From a virus, in the IMG/VR virus record IMGVR_UViG_3300045988_122987: 42,285 nt of DNA; one strand, 5' to 3'. How positions within the stretch are numbered: the first letter of the stretch is position 1; each line of letters begins with the position of its first letter. Under the pieces are notes generated by a model. That model saw nothing but the letters and a program-made list of their open reading frames with translations, ran no database searches and was not told the DNA's origin. Below are positions 6,780 through 15,493 of the stretch, in pieces. Position numbers and translations under genes: made by a program.

Positions 6780-7319
6780 ATGGATTATGACGTCAAATTT
6801 GTTGAATACAAAGGCGGCAATATCAAGGTAAGCTATACCGTCACTCCGCTTAACTCACATGAGGAAGCGAGTATAATCAGCCGCATTGACAAACCGCATG
6901 AAGATTTCATGCGTGCCTGGATGGAGCTGCCTGAAATAGCACGTAGACTGTTGGAGTTTCCGCTGGCCAACGAAGACGGCGAAGAGCTTGGCATTATGGT
7001 TACCAAGGTAAACTTTCTGACAAGCAAAAACTTTGGCAGAGGCATGCAGCTGGTGGCGCTGCTGCTGGGCTTCAAGAACTGCAAGCAGCCGCTGCAGGTA
7101 GTGACGCAAAAGTTTTATGAGAATGCCGTAGATCATAGCAAGAGATACACGGATGAACCGTTTCCTTTGCAACAGTTAACGCCGCGAGAAGCTGATGTTA
7201 TGTTCCTCATAAAGAAGGAAGCCTTTGACTATGCGTATCACTGCAAGCGTGAACAGCCAACAATAGATGAGGCGCAGGACGCCTACGAGAATGGCGGTTA
7301 TCCCGACGAAGAAGAATAA
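6780..7319 (+). CDS. Hypothetical protein, 179 aa.
   Basis: The SD AAGGAGG precedes the ATG. Confidence 0.6.
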   Translation: MDYDVKFVEYKGGNIKVSYTVTPLNSHEEASIISRIDKPHEDFMRAWMELPEIARRLLEFPLANEDGEELGIMVTKVNFLTSKNFGRGMQLVALLLGFKNCKQPLQVVTQKFYENAVDHSKRYTDEPFPLQQLTPREADVMFLIKKEAFDYAYHCKREQPTIDEAQDAYENGGYPDEEE

Positions 7320-7329
7320 AAGGAGTTGA

Positions 7330-8688
7330 ATGAAAATGGCTGTAGTAAATATGCCGGTAGAATGTCTTATCCCGCATCCGCAGAATCCAAGAAAAGACCT
7401 GGGCAATCTGGAAGAACTGACAGCGAGCATTAAAGAGAATGGCATCTACCAGAACCTTACCGTAATCCCGGTAAACGAAGCTATACCGGGTGAAGAGCCC
7501 AAGTATATGGTGGTTATTGGCCACCGTCGCCTGGAAGCTGCGAAACGCGCCGGGCTGCAGGAAGTGCCGTGCGCTATCGTAAGAGGCATGACGGAAACGC
7601 GGCAGCTGCAGACTATGCTGTTAGAGAATATGCAGCGTAGCGACCTGACAGTTTATGAACAGGCTCAAGGCTTCCAGCAGCTTCTGGACTTTGGTATGGA
7701 TATCGAAGATATCTCCCAGCAGAGCGGCTTCAGTAAAAGCACTATCAGACGGCGCTTGGAAATCGCTAAGCTGGACCAGAACAAGCTGAAGGAGCTAAGC
7801 TCTACCCGCCAGCTTAGTCTGAAAGAGTTTGATGCACTAGCCAAAATTAAAAACTTAGAAGCCAGAAATGAAGCAATGGAGAAGATTGGCACAAATGATT
7901 TTGCTCTAGCAGTCACACGCGCCGTGGAGGAAGAAAAGCTTGATGCTGCAATGCCGGTATTCCTGGCAGACATGGAACGCCTTGGCATCAAGAAATTCCC
8001 GGATGGTGCCAATAAATACAGCAGCAAATATAGACGTATCGGCAATATTAATCTTTACCAGTACGAGGAAACAAAAGAAAAAATTCCCAAGAAAACAGCA
8101 GGGGTGTATTATGAGGCCAACTATCCGAGAAACGTAGAGTTTTACGTAAAGGAAACAAAAAAAGGCAAGGCTAGAGAAAAAAGCGCTAAGGAGATTGAAA
8201 AAGAAAAATGTATAAAGGAAGCATGGTTTAAAGTCGATGCTATGGCTGCAACGCATTATGAGCTGCGCAAAGCATTTATGGAAAACTTTAAAGCTACCAC
8301 TAAACAGCATGAGCTCGTGCTGATGGGAGCCTATAGCGTGGCGGTATTGCAGGGAGTTACGTACATGGGATTGGGCAGCGTAGACAAAGAAGCTGGAATA
8401 GATAATAAATACTTTGATCCCAAGCAAGACGAGAAAGCAGTCAAGCTGGCCTTCGATGGTTACTTTGATATCCAGCAATGCGCAAATGTTATCTACAAAT
8501 TGTTCGGTGACAGTGAAAAAGAAAATTATGCCAACAATAGCCGCTTTGGATATCCTACATATAAAATCAATCCAAGACTTGAGGCGCTGTATCATTGGCT
8601 CGTTGCTCTTGGCTATCAGATGAGCAGCGAAGAAAAGCTTCTGGCAACTGGCCAGCATGAAGTATTTCAGCAGATTAAAGGAGCTTAA
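7330..8688 (+). CDS. ParB-like nuclease (ParB/Spo0J N-terminal) domain protein, 452 aa.
   Basis: The N-terminal segment IPHPQNPRK...VVIGHRRLEAAKRAGLQEVPCAIV has the ParBc signature (GHRR ... P). The SD AAGGAG precedes the ATG. Confidence 0.7.
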   Translation: MKMAVVNMPVECLIPHPQNPRKDLGNLEELTASIKENGIYQNLTVIPVNEAIPGEEPKYMVVIGHRRLEAAKRAGLQEVPCAIVRGMTETRQLQTMLLENMQRSDLTVYEQAQGFQQLLDFGMDIEDISQQSGFSKSTIRRRLEIAKLDQNKLKELSSTRQLSLKEFDALAKIKNLEARNEAMEKIGTNDFALAVTRAVEEEKLDAAMPVFLADMERLGIKKFPDGANKYSSKYRRIGNINLYQYEETKEKIPKKTAGVYYEANYPRNVEFYVKETKKGKAREKSAKEIEKEKCIKEAWFKVDAMAATHYELRKAFMENFKATTKQHELVLMGAYSVAVLQGVTYMGLGSVDKEAGIDNKYFDPKQDEKAVKLAFDGYFDIQQCANVIYKLFGDSEKENYANNSRFGYPTYKINPRLEALYHWLVALGYQMSSEEKLLATGQHEVFQQIKGA

Positions 8689-8690
8689 AA

Positions 8691-8792
8691 ATGGACACGG
8701 CAATAGATGAATTTACAATTAACCTGGCCATTACAATTATCGTTATGGTATGCGCATTGGCGCTGGTAGGAGGAAAAGATGATGAACGATAG
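8691..8792 (+). CDS. Small membrane peptide of 33 aa (MDTAIDEFTINLAITIIVMVCALALVGGKDDER), absent from the track.
   Basis: The SD AAAGGAG lies 7 nt upstream. There is one hydrophobic helix. Its 3' end overlaps the SD and start of the next gene. Confidence 0.4.
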   Translation: MDTAIDEFTINLAITIIVMVCALALVGGKDDER

Positions 8793-9366
8793 TGAAAGAA
8801 CAATCATGGACTACGTAAACAGAGCGCAGCTGGCCATCAATGACTGGCAGTGCAGCGGCGAGATTTATTATCTGGAGCAGGCAAAGGCAGAGCTTGCCGA
8901 AGCTGTTTTCTTGGCTGATGAACTGGCTAAGAAAAAACCAGTTTTTCTTCAATATAGCGCAGAGGTGCAGGGCTGCGTTGTTTCTAGCGATTTGTGCGAT
9001 ACTCCGGAGGAAGCCTTGGAAGATATTCGTCCCGACCTTATTGTGGGCGAATTGGTTATAGTCTATAAACAAAAAGAATCCCAATGGCAGCCTTATATTG
9101 ATATGGATGATTTGATTGAAGGATTTATAAGCCAAGCAGATGATGAGGCTGGCGAAGGTGCAGAAGCATGGTGCGATTTTATTTCCGGTAATGCGCTGGC
9201 GCAGGCGAGAAAAGAGCTTGATGAACAGCTCAACGATGTATTGGAGGCATGGCTCAGAAAACATAAAGTTGAAGCCGGTTGGTATGACAGAGCCGGCATT
9301 GAGGGAACGTATAGATTTTGCGGTGATAAGTTTATCCGTGTTAGCAAGGCTGGCGATGACGCATGA
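8779..9366 (+). CDS. Hypothetical acidic protein, 195 aa.
   Basis: The SD GGAGGA precedes the ATG. Confidence 0.6.
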   Translation: MMNDSERTIMDYVNRAQLAINDWQCSGEIYYLEQAKAELAEAVFLADELAKKKPVFLQYSAEVQGCVVSSDLCDTPEEALEDIRPDLIVGELVIVYKQKESQWQPYIDMDDLIEGFISQADDEAGEGAEAWCDFISGNALAQARKELDEQLNDVLEAWLRKHKVEAGWYDRAGIEGTYRFCGDKFIRVSKAGDDA

Positions 9367-9770
9367 GCCAGCTAAGAAAAATGGAACGCAGGAAGCAGAA
9401 GAAGCTGCATCTGCTGGGCGGTGAAGAGCGCCTGCAGGTAAAGGCCGGAGGCAATGAACCCTTTGGCATCAGTAAGGCCGGCTATAATGCTATCTACCAG
9501 GCGGGCTATGAAGCGGGTATGCAGGCAGAGCGTGATAAGATGATACCGTATTATGCCAAATACTTCACTCACCAGATATTGGCAGTCTGCTGCAAGATAC
9601 TCATGGAGAACTATGGCGAAATCCATGTACGCAATACAAGGCTAGAGAAATTCACGGAGCTTTACGGCCGCGGTCTTGAGATGCTGGGCGAAGATAAAAG
9701 CACAGAGCAGTATCTCGAGTACATCGAACAATATGGATTACATATAAATTGGAAGGAGCCGGAGACATGA
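9363..9770 (+). CDS. Hypothetical protein, 135 aa.
   Basis: An ATGA stop/start overlap with the upstream gene indicates translational coupling. Confidence 0.55.
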   Translation: MSQLRKMERRKQKKLHLLGGEERLQVKAGGNEPFGISKAGYNAIYQAGYEAGMQAERDKMIPYYAKYFTHQILAVCCKILMENYGEIHVRNTRLEKFTELYGRGLEMLGEDKSTEQYLEYIEQYGLHINWKEPET

Positions 9771-10009
9771 AATTTATGTTGACCTGCGAAGAAGCCTTAA
9801 AGAATATCAACAAAGGCAAGATGGGAATCTTTAATTTCGGCTATCAGGTGCTGGATGTAAAACCAATCCGGTATTCTCAGCATCTGGCCTGCATGAGAAG
9901 AAGCAAGCTCAGAAGCTACCTGAGCAAACACAGAAGCCTGCGTGACAAGTGCTTTCTGGAAGCACGGAAGCTGCCACGCTTCTGCAAGACAAAAAATAAC
10001 CATATATAA
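9767..10009 (+). CDS. Hypothetical basic protein, 80 aa. Its start is adjusted from 9749 to the ATG at 9767.
   Basis: The SD AAGGAG lies 8 nt upstream of the ATG at 9767. Confidence 0.5.
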   Translation: MKFMLTCEEALKNINKGKMGIFNFGYQVLDVKPIRYSQHLACMRRSKLRSYLSKHRSLRDKCFLEARKLPRFCKTKNNHI

Positions 10010-10018
10010 TAGTAGAAA

Positions 10019-10043
10019 TTGGGCAGGTGAAATACCTGCCCAA
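10019..10043. promoter_or_regulatory. Perfect 10-bp inverted repeat with a 5-nt loop, immediately upstream of the rep gene. It could be a replication-origin or nick-site hairpin, or an operator.
   Basis: TTGGGCAGGT-GAAAT-ACCTGCCCAA with no U-tract. A TATAAT-like hexamer sits at 10005-10010. Confidence 0.4.
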
Positions 10044-10063
10044 AGCTTGATAAAGCATATTAG

Positions 10064-10888
10064 TTGAGTGGCATATCAGTGCCGGAAAAAATAACAGCCA
10101 AAACAACTTGGGCAGAATGGAGCGGAAGAATGTATGTAAAACGGACATGGAGATGTGGTAAATGCATCGAAGTAGAAAAATACCAGACCTTCCGCTATAA
10201 GGGAAAGATGACAGTACGTGGTCCGCAAAGCAATCCTACTCCGGAAGCTATGGCCAAGGTGAACGAACGCAACAGCTACAAGAATCTTCGACGCCTGCTT
10301 AATACTAATTTTGGCAAAGGTGACCTGCATTGTGTATTGACTTATGCTCCGGATGAAAGAGCAACCAGTCCGCAGGAAGCAAAAAAAGACATTCAGAAAT
10401 TCTGCCGCAACGTGAAACAGAAATGCAAGCGTCGCGGCTCAAATTTCAAATATGTGGCCGTAGCCGAATACGGTAAGCGCTCTATGCATTTTCATATTGT
10501 TATCCATAGCGAGCTGAAGCTGCAGGAGCTTGGCGATATGTGGCCGCATGGACGTATTCATGCTACGGAGCTGGACGGCAGCGGAGATTATGACAGGCTG
10601 GCCAGCTATCTTATCAAGCAGACCAACAAGACCTACAACGATCCGGAACGCAGAGTGTTTGCCAGACGTTATGTTACGAGCCGTAACCTTGAGCAGCCGG
10701 AGTGTAAGATTGAGAAAGTCAAGGCTGACAGCTGGCGTGAGACGCCGTCTGCACCCAAAGGTTTTTACGTGCTGCAGGATACTATCGTCCAGGACGTCAG
10801 CGAGATTACCGGATATCCGTATCAGTATTACCGTTGCCTGGCACTAGGTGGCGGGAAACCATTGAAAACAAAAAGACTACGCAGGTAG
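10064..10888 (+). CDS. rep: Rolling-circle replication initiator (HUH endonuclease Rep), 274 aa. The start is uncertain: the TTG at 10064, or the ATG at 10130 with a GGAG upstream.
   Basis: The three RCR motifs occur in order: motif I HCVLTYAP, motif II (HUH) MHFHIVIH, and motif III YLIKQTNK (YxxK). An N-terminal CxxC pair (WRCGKC) is also present. Confidence 0.75.
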   Translation: MSGISVPEKITAKTTWAEWSGRMYVKRTWRCGKCIEVEKYQTFRYKGKMTVRGPQSNPTPEAMAKVNERNSYKNLRRLLNTNFGKGDLHCVLTYAPDERATSPQEAKKDIQKFCRNVKQKCKRRGSNFKYVAVAEYGKRSMHFHIVIHSELKLQELGDMWPHGRIHATELDGSGDYDRLASYLIKQTNKTYNDPERRVFARRYVTSRNLEQPECKIEKVKADSWRETPSAPKGFYVLQDTIVQDVSEITGYPYQYYRCLALGGGKPLKTKRLRR

Positions 10889-11002
10889 GTGTTTATATCA
10901 GCGGCGGAATCTGCCTCGGTAGTTATATACAAGCAAAAAAACGGACAGGCGCAAGAAGAAGTATATCCGCTGCTGCTATAAGCACGGAAAGGGGGAATAA
11001 GA

Positions 11003-11452
11003 TTGCTGGTAAAGCACTGGCAGCGCGTCGCAGAGACACGCTTTAAGTATCACAAAAAAATTCAGATGGCCGTGGATGAAGCACGTGCCTGCAGGCATCC
11101 GCATGGGCTGAAGGACGAGCTGAAGCCTAATCCTACCCAGCAGGACGCACTCAAGGGAATACTGCCGCTGAAAAAGGTTAGCGTATACATCGGACGTCGG
11201 AGCTATGAGCTTGTCATTGAGCAGCCGGAGGAGTGGCTGGCGGTGATAAGGGAGACGTATGCCTTATACAAAGACTCTCCTATTGGCCACGTCATGCACA
11301 AATACTATGACAACTACGAGGACAGGCACGTCCAGCCGGAGGTTATCAGCGGGCTGCAGGGAGTGAGCCGTCAGACGTTCTACGCCTGGCGCAATGAGTT
11401 TTTAAGTGACGCTGCTATTATTGCAGCGCAGCATGGAATAAAAAAATTTTAA
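11003..11452 (+). CDS. ArpU/RinA-like late transcriptional regulator, 149 aa, with a TTG start.
   Basis: The C-terminal sigma-region-4-like HTH is LQGVSRQTFYAWRNEFLSDAA. Its position directly upstream of terS is typical for this family. The SD AAGGGGGAA precedes the TTG. Confidence 0.5.
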   Translation: MLVKHWQRVAETRFKYHKKIQMAVDEARACRHPHGLKDELKPNPTQQDALKGILPLKKVSVYIGRRSYELVIEQPEEWLAVIRETYALYKDSPIGHVMHKYYDNYEDRHVQPEVISGLQGVSRQTFYAWRNEFLSDAAIIAAQHGIKKF

Positions 11453-11460
11453 GCATTGCC

Positions 11461-11501
11461 GTTTTGTACTTTACAAATCGGCACTTTTGACGTGGTAAAA
11501 T
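11461..11501 (+). promoter_or_regulatory. Late promoter element, copy 1: inverted repeat TTTGTA-CTT-TACAAA, then 9 nt after the CGGC motif, then extended -10 GTGGTAAAAT.
   Basis: The same architecture recurs at 22299-22341 and 34329-34371 with identical 9-nt spacing after the CGGC motif. The TGnTAAAAT extended -10 has no canonical -35 and sits upstream of terS. Confidence 0.6.
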
Positions 11502-11534
11502 AGTATTGTGCAAAATAGCAAGTAAAAACAAAGG

Positions 11535-11568
11535 CCCTGACGGAGCGTTCTGTCGGGGCTGTTTTTAT
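11535..11568 (+). terminator. Leader hairpin with U-tract between late promoter copy 1 and terS. Candidate antitermination or attenuation target.
   Basis: The stem is CCCUGACGG/CUGUCGGGG (two G.U wobbles) with a 7-nt loop, followed by UGUUUUUAU. Confidence 0.45.
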
Positions 11569-11596
11569 GTCAAAAAACAAAGGAGGTGAAGGCACT

Positions 11597-12067
11597 ATGG
11601 CAGAGGTAAAAAAAGCAGTCAAAAAAGCTGTTAAAAATTCCGGTAAAAAATCCACCCTGAAAGCGGGTAAAAAAACCACGTCGGAAACACTCAGTCCGGC
11701 GCAGGAGAAATTCTGCCTGGAATACCGCAAGCATGAGGGTAACGGCACTGCTGCAGCCATAGCTGCCGGGTACAGTGAGAGGACCGCCGCGCAGCAGGCT
11801 ACAAGGCTGTTAAGAAATGTTAACATTCTGAAGCGCATAAAAGAGCTGGCAGATGACGCTATCAGAAAGCAGATTATCGGGCTGGATAAACGCGCTCTGG
11901 TGCTCAGTAAAATTGCCGAAGATGACGCTGCTGATGTGCAGGCCAGAATCAGGGCGATTGACGTTCTGAACAAAATGGATGGCGTGTATGTTTTCAAGAC
12001 TGAAATCAAAGTAAGTGGTAACATCGGTGTAAGACTTAAACGGCGCAAGGAAGGTGCTAACGGATGA
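11597..12067 (+). CDS. terS: Terminase small subunit, 156 aa. The start is moved from 11567 to this ATG with a strong SD.
   Basis: The Terminase_2-type HTH block is LSPAQEKFCLEYRKHEGNGTAAAIAAGYSERTAAQQATRLLRN. The SD AAAGGAGGTG lies 8 nt upstream. Confidence 0.8.
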   Translation: MAEVKKAVKKAVKNSGKKSTLKAGKKTTSETLSPAQEKFCLEYRKHEGNGTAAAIAAGYSERTAAQQATRLLRNVNILKRIKELADDAIRKQIIGLDKRALVLSKIAEDDAADVQARIRAIDVLNKMDGVYVFKTEIKVSGNIGVRLKRRKEGANG

Positions 12068-13554
12068 AGTCTCAGCTGAGCCAGCAAGACTACGATGCTA
12101 TCATTGATTATCTGGAAGAGTGCCAACATGATCCGGAGCTTTTCGTAAAGCTGTCTTTTCCGTGGGGCGAACCTAATACTCCGTTGGAAAATCAACAAGG
12201 ACCGGAGGAATGGCAAAGGCAAATACTGCGTGAAATCAAGGACAACATCAAAACAGCTGAAAGTGCCATCCGCGAAGCGGTGGCCAGCGGACACGGCATT
12301 GGTAAATCGGCGCTGGTTTCTTGGATTATTCTCTGGGCGTTGGGAACATGTACTAATACGCGTGGTGTGGTTACGGCAAACACTGAGACACAGCTACGGA
12401 CCAAGACCTGGGCAGAGCTTAGCAAGTGGTACAACATGTGGGAAGCCAAATCACTGTTTGACTACACAGCAACGAGCATATTCTGCAATGCTGATAAGTA
12501 CGAAAAAACGTGGCGGATTGATGCTATACCGTGGAGCGAGACGAACTCCGAGGCTTTCGCCGGCTTACATAATCAGGGCAACAGAATTTTGATTATTTTC
12601 GACGAAGCATCAGCGATACATGACACCATCTGGGAAGTTACGGAAGGTGCACTGACTGACGCGGACACGGAAATCATTTGGTGCTGCTTTGGTAACCCGA
12701 CACGTTCCAGCGGCCGCTTTTATGATTGCTTTCACAAGCACAGAAATTATTGGCATACTCGCAGGGTAGACAGCCGCAGCGTACGCTTTTCTGATAAAAA
12801 GCAGATTGAAGAGTGGCGCGAAATTTGGGGCGAGGACAGCGACTTTTTCAAAGTCCGTGTGCGTGGCGAGTTCCCATCGGCCAGCGATAAGCAGTATATC
12901 TCTCAGGATATCGTGGATGAAGCACGGAAAAGGGTACTCAAGCCATATCAGTATAATTTCGCTCCGGTTATTATTGGCGTAGATCCTGCGTGGACCGGTG
13001 CGGATAAAATAAGCGCATACCTGCGTCAAGGCAATTACTGTAAGCTGCTCTTTGAATATCCGAAGAATGATAACGACCTGCAGCTTGCCGGCAAGATTGC
13101 GGCGCTGGAAGATGAATACCACGCTGATGCAGTCTTTATTGACCTTGGCTATGGTACCGGCATCAAGAGCATAGGCGATGCATGGGGCAGGAATTGGACG
13201 CTGGTGTCGTTTGGCAGCACTAAAGGCATACCGCCTAACTGTGTAAATAAGCGCGCTGCAATGTGGCAGGATATGCGGCACTGGGCTATGACAGGTGGAG
13301 CAATACCACCTGATGACAATGTGCTGGCTGATGACCTCGTAGGACCGGAGCTTGTTCCGCGTGACGATGGCAGAGTACAACTGGAAAGCAAGGAGAGCAT
13401 GAAAAAGCGCGGGCTTCCATCTCCTAACAGGGGAGATGCGTTGGCGCTGACCTTTGCTTTTCCGGTGCTGAGCAGAAAACAGGAACATGAATATGCCTGG
13501 AGCGTCGACAATGGCGCGCAGGAAGAATATGATCCGTTTCATGGAATGTGGTAG
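12064..13554 (+). CDS. terL: Terminase large subunit, 496 aa.
   Basis: Walker A is GHGIGKSALVS. The C-terminal RNaseH-like nuclease region includes VIIGVDPAW and VFIDLGYGTG. It is ATGA-coupled to terS. Confidence 0.85.
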   Translation: MKSQLSQQDYDAIIDYLEECQHDPELFVKLSFPWGEPNTPLENQQGPEEWQRQILREIKDNIKTAESAIREAVASGHGIGKSALVSWIILWALGTCTNTRGVVTANTETQLRTKTWAELSKWYNMWEAKSLFDYTATSIFCNADKYEKTWRIDAIPWSETNSEAFAGLHNQGNRILIIFDEASAIHDTIWEVTEGALTDADTEIIWCCFGNPTRSSGRFYDCFHKHRNYWHTRRVDSRSVRFSDKKQIEEWREIWGEDSDFFKVRVRGEFPSASDKQYISQDIVDEARKRVLKPYQYNFAPVIIGVDPAWTGADKISAYLRQGNYCKLLFEYPKNDNDLQLAGKIAALEDEYHADAVFIDLGYGTGIKSIGDAWGRNWTLVSFGSTKGIPPNCVNKRAAMWQDMRHWAMTGGAIPPDDNVLADDLVGPELVPRDDGRVQLESKESMKKRGLPSPNRGDALALTFAFPVLSRKQEHEYAWSVDNGAQEEYDPFHGMW

Positions 13555-13565
13555 GAGGTGAGACC

Positions 13566-13793
13566 ATGGAAGAAATCATTATGCAGCTGCATGGCGGCGG
13601 TGGTGGTGGCGGCGGAACACAGATTAAGCAGAACGCACCCGGAAGCCAGAGCGCCGCAACTATTGACAGCGCGACCGAAGGACAGCGTGAATCGCTGCGT
13701 GAAAAGCTGAGCAAGGCAAGAGGCCGTAACTTTACCAACAAGACCGGCGGCAGCATGGTAGATACAATCAAGAAAGCATTGCTGGGGGAATAG
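13566..13793 (+). CDS. Small hypothetical protein of 75 aa containing a Gly8 run.
   Basis: The SD GGAGGTG precedes the ATG. The sequence contains LHGGGGGGGGTQ. Confidence 0.5.
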   Translation: MEEIIMQLHGGGGGGGGTQIKQNAPGSQSAATIDSATEGQRESLREKLSKARGRNFTNKTGGSMVDTIKKALLGE

Positions 13794-13795
13794 CA

Positions 13796-15493
13796 ATGTT
13801 TGAAGAAATCTATCGAGACACAAAGCTGCTGAAGGATAAGCGCTTCGTCCTGGAGCAGATGTACCAGCGGCGCACGTCGTTTGAACCGACGTGGCAACTG
13901 CTGTCACGTTATATCGTTCCTTACCGAGGGCGCTTCCATGAACGCGGCGGCAGCATGGACGGAGAGCGGCGTGACCGCTATCTTATCGACCCTTATCCGA
14001 TGGATGCTGCAGGCAAGTGCGCTGCAGGCCTGCAAAGCGGATTGACGTCCCCAAGCCGTCCGTGGTTTGAGCTGTCTTTAGCCGATCAGGAAAAGGCTGA
14101 ATATCATCCGGTGCGTCAATGGCTGGATGATGTGCGTGACGTTATGATGGCCATATATGCACGTGGCAATACATACGCTATGCTGTACGATATCGAGGCT
14201 GAGCTTTGCCAATTTGGCACGGCGGCGGCGCTGATGATGCAGGACTATAATACCGCTCTCTGGCACCGCAGCTACACCTGCGGCGAATATGCAGGCGGTG
14301 TGGATGCAAGAGGCAGGCTTTATTCCTTTGGCAGGCGTTTTGAATTGACCGCTCCACAAATGGTAGCGGAATTTGGCATTGATAACGTGAGCGTGGCCGT
14401 AAAGACCGCGTACAACAACAATGACCATACACAGCGCTTTGAGGTTGAAATGCTCATCGTCAAAAACAATGAGTATAAGCCTGAGCTATTAAAGCCCGGT
14501 AACTTCCCTTGGCAGAGTTTTTATTGGGAGCGTGGCAATCAGCAGCAGTTCCTGCGTATCAGCGGTTACAAGGAGCAGCCTTTTATTATGCCGCGTTGGA
14601 CTAAGGTGGCCAACTGCGAATATGGTTATGGTCCTGGGCATAATGCCTTGGGTAACTGTATGCAGCTGCAGCGTATTGAAAAAGCAAAGCTCCGCTGCAT
14701 GGATAACGAGGCTGACCCGGCTATGATGTTCCCAGCAAGCTTGAAGAAAGTCAACCGCCAGCCAGGTGCGAATAACTTTATCCCCGATGGTACACAGATG
14801 AATGCTTATCCGATGATACCGCCGGGAGCAAAGCGCTACGAAGGCATGATAGCCTTGAGCAACGATAAACGCCAGCAGATAAGCGCTACGTTCTATAATG
14901 ACCTTATGGTAATGCTGACGCAGGCGCAGAACAATCCGCAGATGACCGCCAAGGAAGTCGCGGAACGTCACGAGGAGAAAATCCTTATGCTGGGGCCGGT
15001 GCTGGAGCAGTTCCATAATGAGGTTCTGGACCCGCTGACCTTGCGTACGTTTGGGCTCTGTATGCGCAACGAGCTTTTCCCGCCTATGCCGGAAGAGATT
15101 ACTGCAGACGAGCTGAAGGTTAATTTTGTGAGCCTTTTGGCGCAGGCGCAGAAGATGGTAAGTCTGCCGAGTGTACAGAATGTACTTGGCATGGTAGGTA
15201 ACGTAGCAGGTATCTATCCTGAAGCTGCCGATATTATCAACATCGACAACGTAATCCGTGAGGTTGGCGTTATCAGCGGTACGCCTGAGAAAATCATGCG
15301 CAGCGAAGACGAGGTGCAGCAGCTCAGAGAGCAACGCCAGCAGGCACAGGAAGCACAGATGCAGCAGGCGCAGATGGCACAGGGTGCAGAAGCGGCCAAG
15401 ACCGGTGCGGAAGCTGCAAGGCTTTTGAGTGAGGTGCCGTCCAATACGGATAATGCTCTGGATGATATGCTGAGCAGAATGGGGATGAGCTGA
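13796..15493 (+). CDS. Portal (head-to-tail connector) protein, T7 gp8-like, 565 aa.
   Basis: The size, its position after terL, and the Q/A-rich C-terminal tail (QQLREQRQQAQEAQMQQAQMAQGAEAAKTGAEAA) all resemble the T7 gp8 C-terminus. Confidence 0.7.
   Translation: MFEEIYRDTKLLKDKRFVLEQMYQRRTSFEPTWQLLSRYIVPYRGRFHERGGSMDGERRDRYLIDPYPMDAAGKCAAGLQSGLTSPSRPWFELSLADQEKAEYHPVRQWLDDVRDVMMAIYARGNTYAMLYDIEAELCQFGTAAALMMQDYNTALWHRSYTCGEYAGGVDARGRLYSFGRRFELTAPQMVAEFGIDNVSVAVKTAYNNNDHTQRFEVEMLIVKNNEYKPELLKPGNFPWQSFYWERGNQQQFLRISGYKEQPFIMPRWTKVANCEYGYGPGHNALGNCMQLQRIEKAKLRCMDNEADPAMMFPASLKKVNRQPGANNFIPDGTQMNAYPMIPPGAKRYEGMIALSNDKRQQISATFYNDLMVMLTQAQNNPQMTAKEVAERHEEKILMLGPVLEQFHNEVLDPLTLRTFGLCMRNELFPPMPEEITADELKVNFVSLLAQAQKMVSLPSVQNVLGMVGNVAGIYPEAADIINIDNVIREVGVISGTPEKIMRSEDEVQQLREQRQQAQEAQMQQAQMAQGAEAAKTGAEAARLLSEVPSNTDNALDDMLSRMGMS

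Noticed and set aside
7906-8703. A 265-aa ORF on the minus strand antisense to the ParB-like gene.
   Set aside because: It lies fully inside a well-supported + strand gene. It has an F/L/C-rich low-complexity translation and no SD. It is typical of spurious antisense ORFs.
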